This document shows positions 27,001-38,366 of a stretch of 64,000 bases of DNA, one piece after another; positions within the stretch are counted from its first letter, which is position 1, and every line of letters starts with the position of its first letter. Location of the stretch: assembly GCA_009914755.4 (NCBI GenBank), contig CP086569.2, positions 17,472,001 through 17,536,000 on the forward strand. Direction: 5' to 3'. The notes below the pieces were generated by a model, which was not told where the DNA came from, searched no databases, and worked only from the letters and a program-made list of their open reading frames with translations. The stretch is from the human T2T-CHM13v2.0 reference genome, Homo sapiens. A program made the translations under genes and the position numbers.

Positions 27001-27776
27001 AACTATAGACCAGAAATACATGTTTCTTTCAAATCAAAAAGTTTAGACATCATTTAAAGACACCATATTCTTGCAACCTGGGTCATTGGGTAAAATGTGA
27101 TTTTACTAAAATACTTTTTTTTGGCCTTTTGGGCTATATATCAAGTGAAATAAAAGTGCTTTCTTAAAATAGAACAGCTTCACTCTTGGTTAAAACAAAC
27201 ATCTTGTTTATGTCGTAACTGTTTTGTCCATTATTTTTGCTTATTGTTTCATCGATTATTTGTCAATTGTTTTATTTAACTATTCTTCAGATGAGTAATA
27301 TAATTAATATTAGAGTCTAAATTGTCTCATTATTAAAAAGGAAACATGATCTTAAAACTCTATCAGTCTTAATTAGACTTAATAGAACAAATTCATACCA
27401 CATAATAACCTAAGTTATCTCTGCTTTCCAATGTTAGAGAATTTTAAAATGTAATTTGCAAGGAGGTAATGTATTATTTGTGCTACCATGGGAAACGTAC
27501 TGCTAGCTTTCTGGTAAAATTGCAAATACAACACATTAAATAGATATAATATCAACAGTTCATAATTGTTAAGGACAAAGTGATGATTTAACTTCACTTT
27601 GGTTTTTAGGTTTGAATGTCAGATACAAAAACATTTTGGCCTGTGAATTTGAATTTGCTCAACTTTTGATATTTTGGGGGAATTTGAATAAATATTTCCA
27701 TGAAAGTTTCAAGTAAAGTGCCACGAATCTTTGCACACCAATCACTGCCTTGTCAGGGTGCTGTGATACAGCAAGA

Positions 27777-27815
27777 TTTATTTATTTATTTATTTATTTA
27801 TTTATTATTGATACA
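27777..27815. repeat. (TTTA)n microsatellite
   Basis: 'atttatttatttatttatttatttatttatt'. Confidence 0.95.
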
Positions 27816-28227
27816 GCAGTGCTGCTCCACTGGCTGTGTTCTTGAAAGTGAAGGCTGGTTATTCCATTCTGACACAAACTGATAAATAACACTTATGCGT
27901 TTTGCCATGGAACTTCTTCAAGAAGATAGATATGATCTCTGCATCAGCTCAAACTTACCAGCCCAAGGGAAGTTGAGACATATCTATGTTCCTGCAGAAC
28001 TTGAGTCTGGTTGAAGTTCAGACACACCTGGATGAAAGTGAAATGCACTAGGATAGTGCAATAGGTGCATCATGAACTGGTAATCAACAGCCTTACCATC
28101 ACCATATGTGGGGCATGTGATTATGTATGTACACTTGAATTTGGCCTTTTTAAAAAATCTGTAGACTGTGTGTGAGGGAGGAGATGTTCTCCATTTCCCT
28201 GAATCCTTAGCATTTCTCCCAAAGTAG

Positions 28228-28470
28228 AGAGTGGAAATCCTGGGCTCAATCAGTTCTCTTACCTCAGCCTCCCCAGTAGCTAGGACTACATACTAATCTT
28301 TAAAAAATATTTTAAAATTAGGCACACTTGGCTAATGTTTAAATATTTTTTGTAGAGACAGTGTTTCACTACATTGCCTGGACTGGCCTAGAACTCCTGG
28401 GCTCAAGTTATCTTCCCACCTTGGCATTCCACAGTCCTTGGATTACAGGTATAAGTCACTGTACCCAGCC
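28228..28470 (-). mobile_element. Old, CpG-depleted Alu or FLAM-like element, antisense, 5'-truncated
   Basis: 'cctcagcctccccagtagctaggactaca...gtagagacagtgtttcactacattgcctggactggcctagaactcctgggctcaagttatcttcccaccttggcattccacagtccttggattacaggtataagtcactgtacccagcc'. Confidence 0.7.
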
Positions 28471-29394
28471 AATATCTTAATTATAAAAAGCTAATTGCAG
28501 CTTTCTAAAAAGTGAGACAGTCATCAAGGTGATGCAATATACTAATTTTTGTATATATGTTGGTCAGTGTTTATTTTCAAAGCAATGGAATGAAAGGAAA
28601 ATGGTGGCATTATCAATTAGGCATTTTTAAGGGGTAGCTTACTGATTACTTCCATTAGATTCACCTGATAGCTTTTATATATACAGTTTATTAGCTCCAC
28701 TTTAGATCTGCTGTACCTGAAATACTGAAGAATGAATGGTTCACATAGGCCTGCATGCTTAAGAAGCATGATATACATGCCAAGTTTAGAGAGATGTAAA
28801 TCTTAAGCAGTCACGGGTAGCATTGGAAATCAATGCCCAAAGTTCTGCATGACCTCCTTGTGTCCAGAATCAGCTCCCAAATGTGGGAAAGTGGTAGAAA
28901 ACAACGTGTTGACTCTTGTGAGGGAGGTTATATCTCCTGAAGATTTGAAACTTCAAGACTCCAGCCAAGGAGACTGGAGATAAAAATTATTCCTCTAAAC
29001 CAGGAAGGGAAAACAGAGTAGCAAGCAAATGTAAGGTCTTGGAAAATACAGATGAAAGGGCAGTATTTTATGGGAAGTTTCTCTAGAGGGAGTTGTGATT
29101 TGCATCAGCCAGGCACACAAAGTTGGAAAAGATCATGTCAACATGAACTTAAACTTGAAGTTAAGCAGAATTACCAGGGACTTTATGGAATTTAGGATAA
29201 AGAAGGATGGGTTAAAAAGTCTGTAATCAGATGCAAGACCACTAAGGACCATTCTTACTCCTGTTGCAGGGTGGGTGTGATACATACATGGGAAGATGGC
29301 AGTGGGAATATGGAGGGTTCCACCTCATGTTTCAGATCTGTAGTGAAGAGTTTCCTGTTTAATCTATCAAAATTGTGCATGACAAAAATCAGTG

Positions 29395-29548
29395 AGTCTT
29401 GATGGTGGGCACCTATAGTCTCAGCTACTTGGGAGGCTAAGGTGAGAATATTGCTAGATTCCAGGAGGTCAAGGTTGCAGTGAGCCAATATCATGTCATT
29501 GCAGTCCAACATGAGCAACAGAGAAAGACCCTTTCTCAAAAAAAAAAA
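29395..29548 (+). mobile_element. Alu right-arm fragment with a poly-A tail
   Basis: 'gatggtgggcacctatagtctcagctacttgggaggctaaggtgagaatattgctagattccaggaggtcaaggttgcagtgagccaatatcatgtcattgcagtcc...agaaagaccctttctcaaaaaaaaaaa'. Confidence 0.8.
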
Positions 29549-29759
29549 GGGGGGGTAGAGGGGTTCCCAAAAAACATTTTTTTTCTTAATGGGCAAAGAA
29601 AAACTGAGTTAAGATCTTGCTCCTATAGAAGAGGTAGGCTTCAAAATTTACTTTACTTGGCAGCTTTTTCCCGGTAGGAAAGACAGCTTTATGAGGCAAA
29701 AAGGTCATTTACATAAAAATAAACCTGGGGCCAGCCACGGTGGCTCACACCTGTAATCC

Positions 29760-30667
29760 TTACAGGTGAAGCCAGCTGGACTTCCTGGGTCAAGTGGGGA
29801 CTGGGAGAACTTTTATGTCTAGCTAAAGGATTGTAAAGGCATCAATCAACACTCCATAAACATGCACCAATCAGCACTCTGTTTCTGGCTAAAGGATTGT
29901 AAATGCACCAATCAGCTTGCTGTAAAAATGCACCATTTAGCACTGTTTAGCTAAAGGATTGTAAATGCAGCAATCAGCACTCTGTAAAAATGCACCAATC
30001 AGCACTCTATGTTTAGCTAAAGGATTGTAAACGCACCAATCAGCACTCTGTATAATAGACCAGTCAGTGCTCTGTAAAATGGACCAATCAGCAGGCTGTG
30101 GGCGGGGCCAAATAAGGGAATAAAAGCTGGCCAGCGGAGCCAGCAGCAGCAGCCTGCTGTGGTCCACTTCCATTCTGTGGGAGCTTTGTACTTTCACTCT
30201 TCACAATAAATCTTGCTGCTGCTCACTCTTTGGGTCTGCACTACTTTTATGAGCTGTAACACTCACCGCCAGGGTCTGCGGCTTCATTCCTGAAGTCAGT
30301 GAGACCACGAACCCACCGGGAGGAACCAGCAATGCCAGACATGCCACCTTGAAGACTTGCTCCTCCCTGTCTCTGCCATTATTGTGAGGCCTCTCCAGCC
30401 ATGTGGAACTGTGAGTCCATAAATCTCTTTCCTGTATGTGTATGTGTGTGTGTATGTGTGTATATATATATATATGAAACCATGATAAGTCAGTGAGACC
30501 AGGAACCCACTGGGAGGAAGAAACTCCAGACACATCTCAACAGCTGAAGGAACAAACTCCAGACACACCATCTTTAAGAGCTATAGCACTCACAACGAAA
30601 GTCCATGGCTTCATTCTTGAAGTCAGCAAGACCAAGAACCCATCTGAAGGAACCAACTCTGGACACA
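29760..30667 (+). mobile_element. Solo LTR of the ERV9 type (LTR12 family), about 908 bp
   Basis: Starts 't(t)acaggtgaagccagctggacttcctgggtcaagtggggactgggagaacttttatgtctagctaaaggattgtaaa'. The U3 holds about 8 tandem units of about 40 bp, 'ctaaaggattgtaaatgcaccaatcagcactctgt'. Then 'gaccaatcagcaggctgtgggcggggccaaataagggaataaaagctgg'. The R/U5 region carries 'gagctgtaacactcaccgccagggtctgcggcttcattcctgaagtcagtgagaccacgaacccaccgggaggaac' units. Ends '...ccaactctggacaca' (TG...CA termini). Confidence 0.7.
29790..30130 (+). promoter_or_regulatory. LTR12 U3 region: tandem CCAAT-containing units, a GC box and a TATA-like element (potential LTR promoter/enhancer). Activity at this locus is unknown
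   Basis: There are about eight 'caccaatcag' motifs, 'gggcggggcc' at about 30100 and 'aataaaag' at about 30119. ERV9/LTR12 U3 repeats are known NF-Y and GATA-binding promoter/enhancer modules. Confidence 0.4.
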
Positions 30668-31505
30668 ATCCCAGTGCTTTGGAAGGCCCAGGCAGGTGGA
30701 TCACCTGAGGTCAGAAGTTCAATACCAGCCTGGTCAACATGGTGAAACCCTGTCTTTACTAAATATACAAAAATTAGCCAGGCATGATGGCGGGGACCTA
30801 TAATCCCAGCTACTCAGGAGGCTGAGGCAGAATTGCTTGAATCCACGAGGCGGAGGTTGCAGTGAGCCCAGATTGTGACATTGCGATTCAACCTGGGCAA
30901 CAAGAGCAAAACTTCGTCTCAAAAAACAAACAAACTAAAAACCCGTCAACAATATCCTTGAATATGAAAGAGGACAGAGTTTTTTATTTGAAAGACATAA
31001 CCTGGTACTCTATTGAGAAAAATAACTCTGTAACTTTACCATGAAACAACAAAAAAAAATTTGATTCAATTGCACTACTTAGCATCTCTTGCAATTATAA
31101 AAGCATCACTATTAAGATATTGTGTCTTTATCACATGATGTACTTTCTTTGACGTGTCTGTGGCTATTGCAGACTTAACACTGACATTTTATATTGTAAA
31201 TTGTGCTTTAGTATAGTAGCATAGTTGTAGCAATGCAATGAAATATAATTTTTTTAATGGACTTTTCCCAAAAGTCCATTTAAGTGTACTTTTTCTCAAA
31301 AAAGAAAGTGGGGAGAGGGGTGTCGAAAAGGATTGTTTTTTTCTTAATGGGCAGGGAAAGATGGGCTTAAGTTCTTGCTCCCGTAGAAGAGGTAGAGGAA
31401 TAAGGAATAGAAAAGAAGCTTCAAAATTTATCTTATATGGCAGGTTTTTCTGGGTAGGAAAGAGAGCTTCATGATACACACTGGTCATTTACTCAAAAAT
31501 AACAG

Positions 31506-31982
31506 GCTGGGCACCGTGGCTCACGCCTGTAATCCCAGCACTTGTGGAGGGTGAGGCATGTGGATCACGAGGTCAGGAGATCCAGACTATTCTGGATAAC
31601 ATGGTGAAACCTCGTCTCTACTAAAAATACAAAATATGTGTGTGTGTATGTATATATATATACACACACAGATATACACATATATATACACACATATGCA
31701 CCCATACATATATACACACATGCATACATAGATATACACAAATACATACATATACATATATACACACACGCACATATATATGTATATATCCGGGCGTGGT
31801 GTGGGCACCTGTAAGTCCCAGCTACTCGGGAGGCTGAGGCAGGAGAATGGCTGAGGCAGGAGAATGGCTAAGGCAGGAGAATGGAGTGAACAAGGGAGAT
31901 GAAGCTTGCAGTGAGCCGATATCGTGCCACTACACTCCAGCCTGGGTGACAGAGCGAGACTCCGTCTCAAAAAAAAAATAAA
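31506..31982 (+). mobile_element. Alu (paralogue of the split Alu in copy A). Its middle linker has expanded to a (CA/TA)n microsatellite of about 165 bp, and a right-arm 17-mer is triplicated
   Basis: 'ggctgggcaccgtggctcacgcctgtaatcccagcacttgtggagggtgaggcatgtggatcacgaggtcaggagatccagac...ctaaaaatacaaaat'. Then 'atgtgtgtgtgtatgtatatatatatacacacacagatatacacatatatatacacac...' runs over 31634-31795. Then 'ccgggcgtggtgtgggcacctgtaagtcccagctactcgggaggctgaggcaggagaatggctgaggcaggagaatggctaaggcaggagaatggagtg...'. Confidence 0.85.
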
Positions 31983-32312
31983 AATAGAAAGAAAATAACG
32001 AACCCATCAAATAGTATCCTTCCATATGAAAGAGGATTATACATACAGAGTCTTTGATTCAAAAGAAATCACCTGGTATTGAGATAAATAACTCTGTACT
32101 TTTACCGTGAAAAACAAAACAAAACAAAATGTTGCAATTGTACTATTTAGCATCTCTTGCAGTTACAAAACAATCACTATTTTGTGTCTTTATCACATGA
32201 TGGACTGTCTTTGAAGTGTTTATGGCTATCGCAGAATTCACACTTACTTGTTATATTGTAAATTGTGCTTTGGGATAGTAGTATACTTGTAGCAATGCAA
32301 TGAAATATAATG

Positions 32313-32631
32313 GTTTTTTGTTTTTGTTTTGTTTTGTTTGAGACAGAATCTCCCTCTCTCACCCAGGCTGGACTGCAATGGCACCATCTTGGCTCACTGC
32401 AACCTCCAACTCCAGGCTTCAAGGGATTCTCCTGCCTCAGCTTCTCAAGTCACTGAGATTACAGGCACGTGCCACCATGACGCTAGTTTTTGTTGTTGTT
32501 GTTGTTATTTTTAGTAGAGATGGGGTTTCACCATGCTGGCGAGGCTGGTCTCGAACTCCTGACCTCAAGAGATCTTCCCCTCTCACCCTCCCAAAGTGCT
32601 GGGATTACAGGCGTGAGCCGTCGTGCCTGCC
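32313..32631 (-). mobile_element. Alu (AluS-like), antisense, inserted near the end of duplication copy B
   Basis: 'ttttgttttgttttgtttgagacagaatctccctctctcacccaggctggactgcaatggcaccatcttggctcactgcaacctcc...ctgggattacaggcgtgagccgtcgtgcctgcc'. Confidence 0.9.
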
Positions 32632-32683
32632 CAAAATGTAATTTTTTTTTAAATGGACTTTTGTCTTTGTGGGTTTTTTTCTC

Positions 32684-33435
32684 TTTTTTTAAATTATATT
32701 TTAAGTTTTAGAGTACATGTGCACAATGTGCAGGTTAGTTACGTATGTATACATGTGCCATGCTGGTGTGCTGCATCCAGTCACTCGTCATTTAGCATTA
32801 GGTATATCTCCTAATGCTATCCCTCCCCCCTCCCCCCACCCTACAATAGGCCTCCGTGTGTGATGTTCCCCTTCCTGTGTCCCTGTGTTCTCATTGTTCA
32901 ATTCCCAGTTATGAGTGAGAACATGCGGTGTTTGGTATTTTGTCCTTGCGATAGTTTGCTGAGAATGATGGTTTCCAGCTTCATCCATGTCCCTACAAAG
33001 GACATGAACTCATAATTTTTTATGGCTGCATAGCATTCTATGGTATATGTGTGTCACATTTTCTTAATCCAGTTTATCATTTTTGGAAATTTGGGTTGGT
33101 TCCAAGTCTTTGCTATTGTGAATAGTGCCGCAATAAACATACGTGTGCATGTGTCTTTGTAGCAGCATACTTTATAATACTTTGGATATTTACCCAGTAA
33201 TGGGAGCGCTGGGTCAAATGGTATTTCTACTTCTAGATCCCTGAGGAATCGCCACACTGACTTCCGAAATGGTTGAACTAGTTTACAGTCCCACCAACAG
33301 TGTAAAAGTGTTCCTATTTCTCCACATCCTCCCCAGCATCTGTTGTTTACTGACTTTTTAATGATCGCCATTCTAACTGGTGTGAGATGGTATCTCATTG
33401 TGGTTTTGATTTGCATTTCTGCGATGGCCATTCTT
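32684..33435 (-). mobile_element. 5'-truncated L1 (L1PA-like) 3' end, antisense (C-terminal ORF2 plus 3' UTR)
   Basis: 'tttttttaaattatattttaagttttagagtacatgtgcacaatgtgcaggttagttacgtatgtatacatgtgccatgctggtgtgctgcatcc...' is the reverse complement of the L1 3' UTR. The minus-strand ORF at 33054-33485 translates to '[112 protein letters not shown]'. Confidence 0.9.
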
Positions 33436-33779
33436 TTTCTTTGCAGAAAACTGTTTCTTTGTAAGAAAAATATTAATATGTACAAATCATCTTGTCAGAG
33501 TCCTCTCTGTGAGCTTCAAATAAAATAAAGCAATCTTTCTCTGTTGTTTTCTTTGACCTAAAAATATGCAAGGAGATAGAATTATCATCCTAAGTACCTT
33601 GTATCCTGTAAAGGAATGATATGTAGGACAATACTAGTTGTTTTTTAAAAATAGTGGAATGTGATGATTCATAATCTGGGAATTCATGATCTATTTCGGA
33701 GTTTGTTGAGGATAACTATAAATGCAATAAACAAGATGAAAATGAGAGGAATCAACACCTAATATTAACAAGATGCACT

Positions 33780-34270
33780 GATATTGCTAGAGCATTTGCA
33801 ATCATATATATGATGAATATAAATGTCATAGACATATATACATATATATTCGTAATATATGTGACTTCCAAAGGGTCTAGCAATAATATGTATACAAATG
33901 TATACATTTCTATGACACATGCATTTGTCTGTTTCACCTGTAAAAGTATATGAATATACACACATATATATCTATGTATTAATTTATGGACATGTATATT
34001 CATTTATATTTATGTATAATTATATAGTAAGATATAATTTTATTTAGGCAACATATTCTATATTTATATATATAATTGCATACAATAAAATTATACATAT
34101 TAGAGACAATTAAAATTATATTAAAATATAAATTATATATTTGATAAATATAATACAGATATTATATATTTACAGAAATACATATGTAATTCTGTTATAA
34201 AATCCTATATAAGTAATTTTATTACTTATATAAATTAAGTATAAATATATTTTATATGTAAGTATAAATA
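33780..34270. repeat. AT-rich (TATA/ATAC/TATG) low-complexity tract
   Basis: Runs of 'atatatatgat', 'catatatacatatatatt' and 'ataaatatataattat'. The ORFs at 33752-34003 are artefacts. Confidence 0.85.
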
Positions 34271-34279
34271 TATAATTAT

Positions 34280-34382
34280 TTACATTTCTGGTGTCAAACA
34301 CCTGAGCTCAAGTGAAGCTCACCTCCCACTTTAGCCTTCCAAACTGCTAGGATTACAGGCCTGAGCCACAGCATCCAGCCTG
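34280..34382 (-). mobile_element. Alu fragment of about 100 bp, antisense
   Basis: 'caaacacctgagctcaagtgaagctcacctcccactttagccttccaaactgctaggattacaggcctgagccacagcatccagcc'. Confidence 0.7.
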
Positions 34383-35375
34383 GAGGTTCTGTACTGCTGC
34401 ATGTATTTTACCCTACCATTTTTTCACAAAGACATTCAGTAGGGTTCATCTCTTTGGGATCAATGTTCAGGTGCTACTTAGATTCAGCCAATATGAGAGT
34501 AGAAGCCCAGCCTACATCTTAAGTCAAAATTGCACATCCTAGCAAAAGTTATAGTGTGTGTTAGGTGCCTGGTCAGTCACATGGTGGAACTTTTTTGGAT
34601 CATTCATTGGTAGTGACAAGCCTGGTGATTGGAGAATCAGCTAAATGACTATCTGGACACACATATCCAATAACATCCTCTTTTCTATGATCAATGAAGA
34701 CATTTACCATAGGAATGAAGGAGACCAAATTACCATTTTCTACATTCATTCATAAACTCACAATGCAAACTCCATGGAATAGTGTCTCTTCTTTTGCTCT
34801 TAAAAATTTCTATCTTCAAATCCCAACTTCTTGACTGTGTCTGACTTCTGGCTACATACATTAGGTGAAATTGTATTAGTATGTCAATGTTCCATTTGCA
34901 TCCTGGTTCACCACTTTCTCATTTTATGACTTTGATCATAACCACTCTAAAATAGCATGTAACAGCATTAGTCTTCTAAATTTTTTTCCAGAATACTAAG
35001 TAGACAATAATTTTAAAATGCACACAGTCACTTGAAAAAATAATAGAAATTACAAATAGTATATATATATTTATATATATACACACATATACATACATAT
35101 ATCAATGATATGATTCATATCATATATGAATACATACATATATGAATCAAAGATACATATATTTCATATTTCATATATAGTAGTACACATACATGTCCAA
35201 AAATATACAGGTCAATGGGAGAATTTCAGGTGCGATAAACTCAAGAGCACATTATCTGTAAGTGTAATTTATCAACAATTTGACTCTTTAAGTTACAAAA
35301 AAGAATGAGTCTGCCCTCTGCTGTGAACTAACTAGAAGCAAAAAGTTTATAGATATTAAAAAATAAACCTATATG

Positions 35376-35670
35376 GGCCTGGCGCAGTGGCTCAAGCCTG
35401 TAATCCCAGCACTTTGGGAGGCCGAGGCGGGCAGATCACGAGGTCAGGAGATTGAGACCACGGTGAAACCCTGTCTCTACTAAAAATACAAAAAATTAGC
35501 CGGGCGTGGTGGCGGGTGCCTATAGTCCCAGCTACTCGGAGAGGCTGAGGCAGGAGAATGGTGTGGACCCGGGAGGCGGAGCTTGCAGTGAGCCGAGATC
35601 GCGCCATTGCACTCCAGCCTGGGTGACAGAGCGAGACTCCGTCTCAAAAAAACAAACAACAAGAAAAAAA
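35376..35670 (+). mobile_element. Young CpG-rich Alu (AluY-like) flanked by 13-14 bp target-site duplications
   Basis: 'ggcctggcgcagtggctcaagcctgtaatcccagcactttgggaggccgaggcgggcagatcacgaggtcaggagattgagaccacggtgaaaccctgtctctactaaaaatacaaaaaattagccgggcgtggtggcgggtgcc...gccgagatcgcgccattgcactccagcctgggtgacagagcgagactccgtctc'. The target-site duplication 'aataaacctat(a/g)t' sits at 35362-35375 and 35672-35684. Confidence 0.9.
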
Positions 35671-38049
35671 GAATAAACCTATGTAAACCATGTAAATTTG
35701 TGTAATTATAACAGATTTAAATATTTAATGTTTAAAATATTGACATATTTTTAATGACCTGGTTTTAGAACAGATAGGCACATTCACATGAGCACCGAGA
35801 AGAAAAGACCAAAGAAAATACACAACACTGATTTATTCCACCACAAGCTAGTGGAATATTTGTAGACTGCACCATCCAGTCTCATTGGCCATCACTGGGT
35901 TGAAGTCTTATCCAAACCTCGTCATGGTGGGGAAGTCAAAGATTTATGCACCTGGCCCGCCAGGTTGTCCTGCATTCACCAACAGGATGCATCTTACCTT
36001 CTTGGAAAATAAACTGGTAATTCCCAAATTGCATAACCATTTGTACTTGAAGACATTCCAAGCTTAACGATGAGAGTTTGGTGACAAACTCTTAGTGCGG
36101 GTTGCCACTATGACAGCTGAAGCAGAATAAACTTGAAATTGTCTGAAAATATGGCACAGAAAAAGATTTCAGAAGAATTCTTTAAAAGTGTAATATACAT
36201 CCACTGGCTGAAGAGATTAAGCCCTTTCTCTGGGCTAAAATATACATGAAAAATACCTCTCTCGTGCATTTGAGTAGATCAGGGAAGCACATTTATACGT
36301 CTTCCCAGATCACAAAACTCTATATTCCCAAAGTAACATAATCATTAAACTCTAGAGTCACATACACTGTGAGTCATCAGTAAGTCAGGGTAGAGTATAA
36401 AAATTCCTTCAAATGAGGAATTCTTATTCCTGTCAACCATATGACTTCACACAGGGCTTTACAACTTGTGTTATATCTCCCTGCATCTGTAAAATGGTTG
36501 CATTTATAACTCAAAATTCAATGAAGGAAGGTATTAAAAATCTGGAGAGGTTTTCAAAAATAACATCTAAGCAGTGCAGTACCTGCAAGGAATTAACATT
36601 CTTCTTCTGCTGGACCATACAGAAAGAACTTCATGGATATTCAAGGGTATAGAGTTCTATATCCTTATATTGAATAACCTCAGATCATTGTTTCTAAAAT
36701 GCCTTTTCTGCCTTTCCACATAACTCAGTTGACACATATCCATTATATGCTTTTTTATTTAATTTTTTTTACTCTTAAGGAGTTTTTCTATACTTTTTTT
36801 TTGGCTTAGGTCCTAAGTGTGGCCACATAGAGAAAGTAAATTATTAATAACTCAGAGGCTTTCAATTACATTCTTGTCTTGGTTTGTAGCTGACTGCATT
36901 AGGAATTATTTATAGAAAATCAGATCTTGAACAAAGTGAAATGTTGCTACTGAGACATGTGTCACACATTCCAGTCATTGCTACTGGAAAATGATTATAT
37001 ACTTCATTGTATTCTCAGTCAATATTTTCAAAATGTAGCTTTGCATCAAAGATGAAAGAATTACTCAAGCTATCAAATATTGAACTTTTACTAAAACACA
37101 CAAAGTAGAACATGCAAATAAATTTGGCTGAAGATAAACATAAGACACATTTTTTACAATATATGTCATTGCTAAATGCAGAGAAAAACAATTTTAAAAG
37201 TGCACAAAGATTCAAAGCTTCAAGGAAAACAACTCTGAAGATCTAAGATTTCTTGAATGCTCTCTAGTATTCACTTACATTGCTGAAAATCCCCAGAGTT
37301 TCTGAGTAATAAAACTTAAACTTCTCTTAGAAAGTCTCTTTTAAGCCTTTGTTAGATTGGAAACAGGTGTATATGACTGTTAAAAATTATATTCTGTGGA
37401 TAGAGAGTCCATTTGGTTTGTAACTACCATCGACTTTATTCGTGTAATTTTACTTGATTCAAACACTTAACATGGTCAAAGAGGACTATTTAAGTGGATT
37501 TATTTTGTGCACCACTTGCAGATTTGCAGATGAGTTTGTAGATATTTTTTCAGTTATACTAAAAAAGCTGCAATACTTCAAATTTGTAATTCTGGAACAA
37601 GATGACATAGATGCACTTCTGCCTGTTTCCATTTTAAGTACAGACATAAAACCTGCATATTAATATAAAGCTAGTATAAGAGGTCCCTGACAGGTGAAGA
37701 GAAGAAAAAAGACCTGAGAACCTGAGGAAAATCATGGGAATGAGTTCTCTGGGTTTTCTGTTATCCAGCATATACCACAGATGCACTGTGGCTTCCGCTC
37801 CACCCCCATTAGCAAAGACCAAGCTTCAAGCATAAACTTCCAACATTGCCCATCTGTAATATCCAGGTGGATACCAGGCCAGACTAGCTGGTCTGGACTT
37901 TGATTTTACCAGGCAGAACCAAGACAACAATAATGACTGATTTTTTTGTATCAACTTGACTGAGTCACAGGGCATGGAGATATTTGGGAAATCATTATTC
38001 TGAATATGTCTGCAAGATGGGTACTTGGATGAGATTCCCATCTGAATTC

Positions 38050-38366
<317 letters not shown>

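Larger units (their letters stand above)
29729..30948 (+). mobile_element. Alu split by the LTR12 insertion (Alu 5' 31 bp at 29729-29759; the remainder at 30668-30948)
   Basis: 'ggccagccacggtggctcacacctgtaatcc' then the LTR. The Alu resumes 'atcccagtgctttggaaggcccaggcaggtggatcacctgaggtcagaag...' through to a poly-A tail. The duplicated 'atcc' at the junctions is consistent with a 4-bp ERV target-site duplication. Confidence 0.8.
29531..32683. repeat. Tandem segmental duplication, two copies of an approximately 0.9 kb unit (copy A 29531-31289, copy B 31290-32683), each containing a paralogous Alu. The copies are about 80-85% identical
   Basis: Unit starts are collinear: A 'ctttctcaaaaaaaaaaaggggggggtagaggggttcccaaaaaacattttttttcttaatgggcaaagaaaaactgagttaagatcttgctcctatagaagaggtag' versus B 'ctttttctcaaaaaagaaagtggggagaggggtgtcgaaaaggattgtttttttcttaatgggcagggaaagatgggcttaagttcttgctcccgtagaagaggtag'. 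The distal parts are also collinear: A 30950-31289 '...atccttgaatatgaaagagga...cttagcatctcttgcaattataaaagcatcactatt...gtctttatcacatgatgtactttctttgacgtgtctgtggctattgcagac...attgtaaattgtgctttagtatagtagcatagttgtagcaatgcaatgaaatataat' versus B 31985-32317 with the same motifs. Copy A carries the LTR12 insertion. Copy B carries a microsatellite expansion and an extra Alu. Confidence 0.8.

Noticed and set aside
29531-29548. Possibility that the duplicated unit at 29.5-32.7 kb extends further upstream into a third copy
   Set aside because: Sequence upstream of 29395 ('ctatcaaaattgtgcatgacaaaaatcagtgagtc') shows no similarity to the unit ends ('taatggacttttcccaaaagtccatttaagtgtac'). Only two copies are supported.
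29790-30130. The 'ctaaaggattgtaaatgcaccaatcagcactctgt' tandem units, initially considered as part of an SVA element or a satellite
   Set aside because: There are no CCCTCT hexamer, Alu-like or SINE-R parts, and no poly-A. The units are bounded by TG...CA termini with R/U5-type 'gagctgtaacactcacc' repeats downstream, which fits the ERV9 LTR12 U3 architecture.
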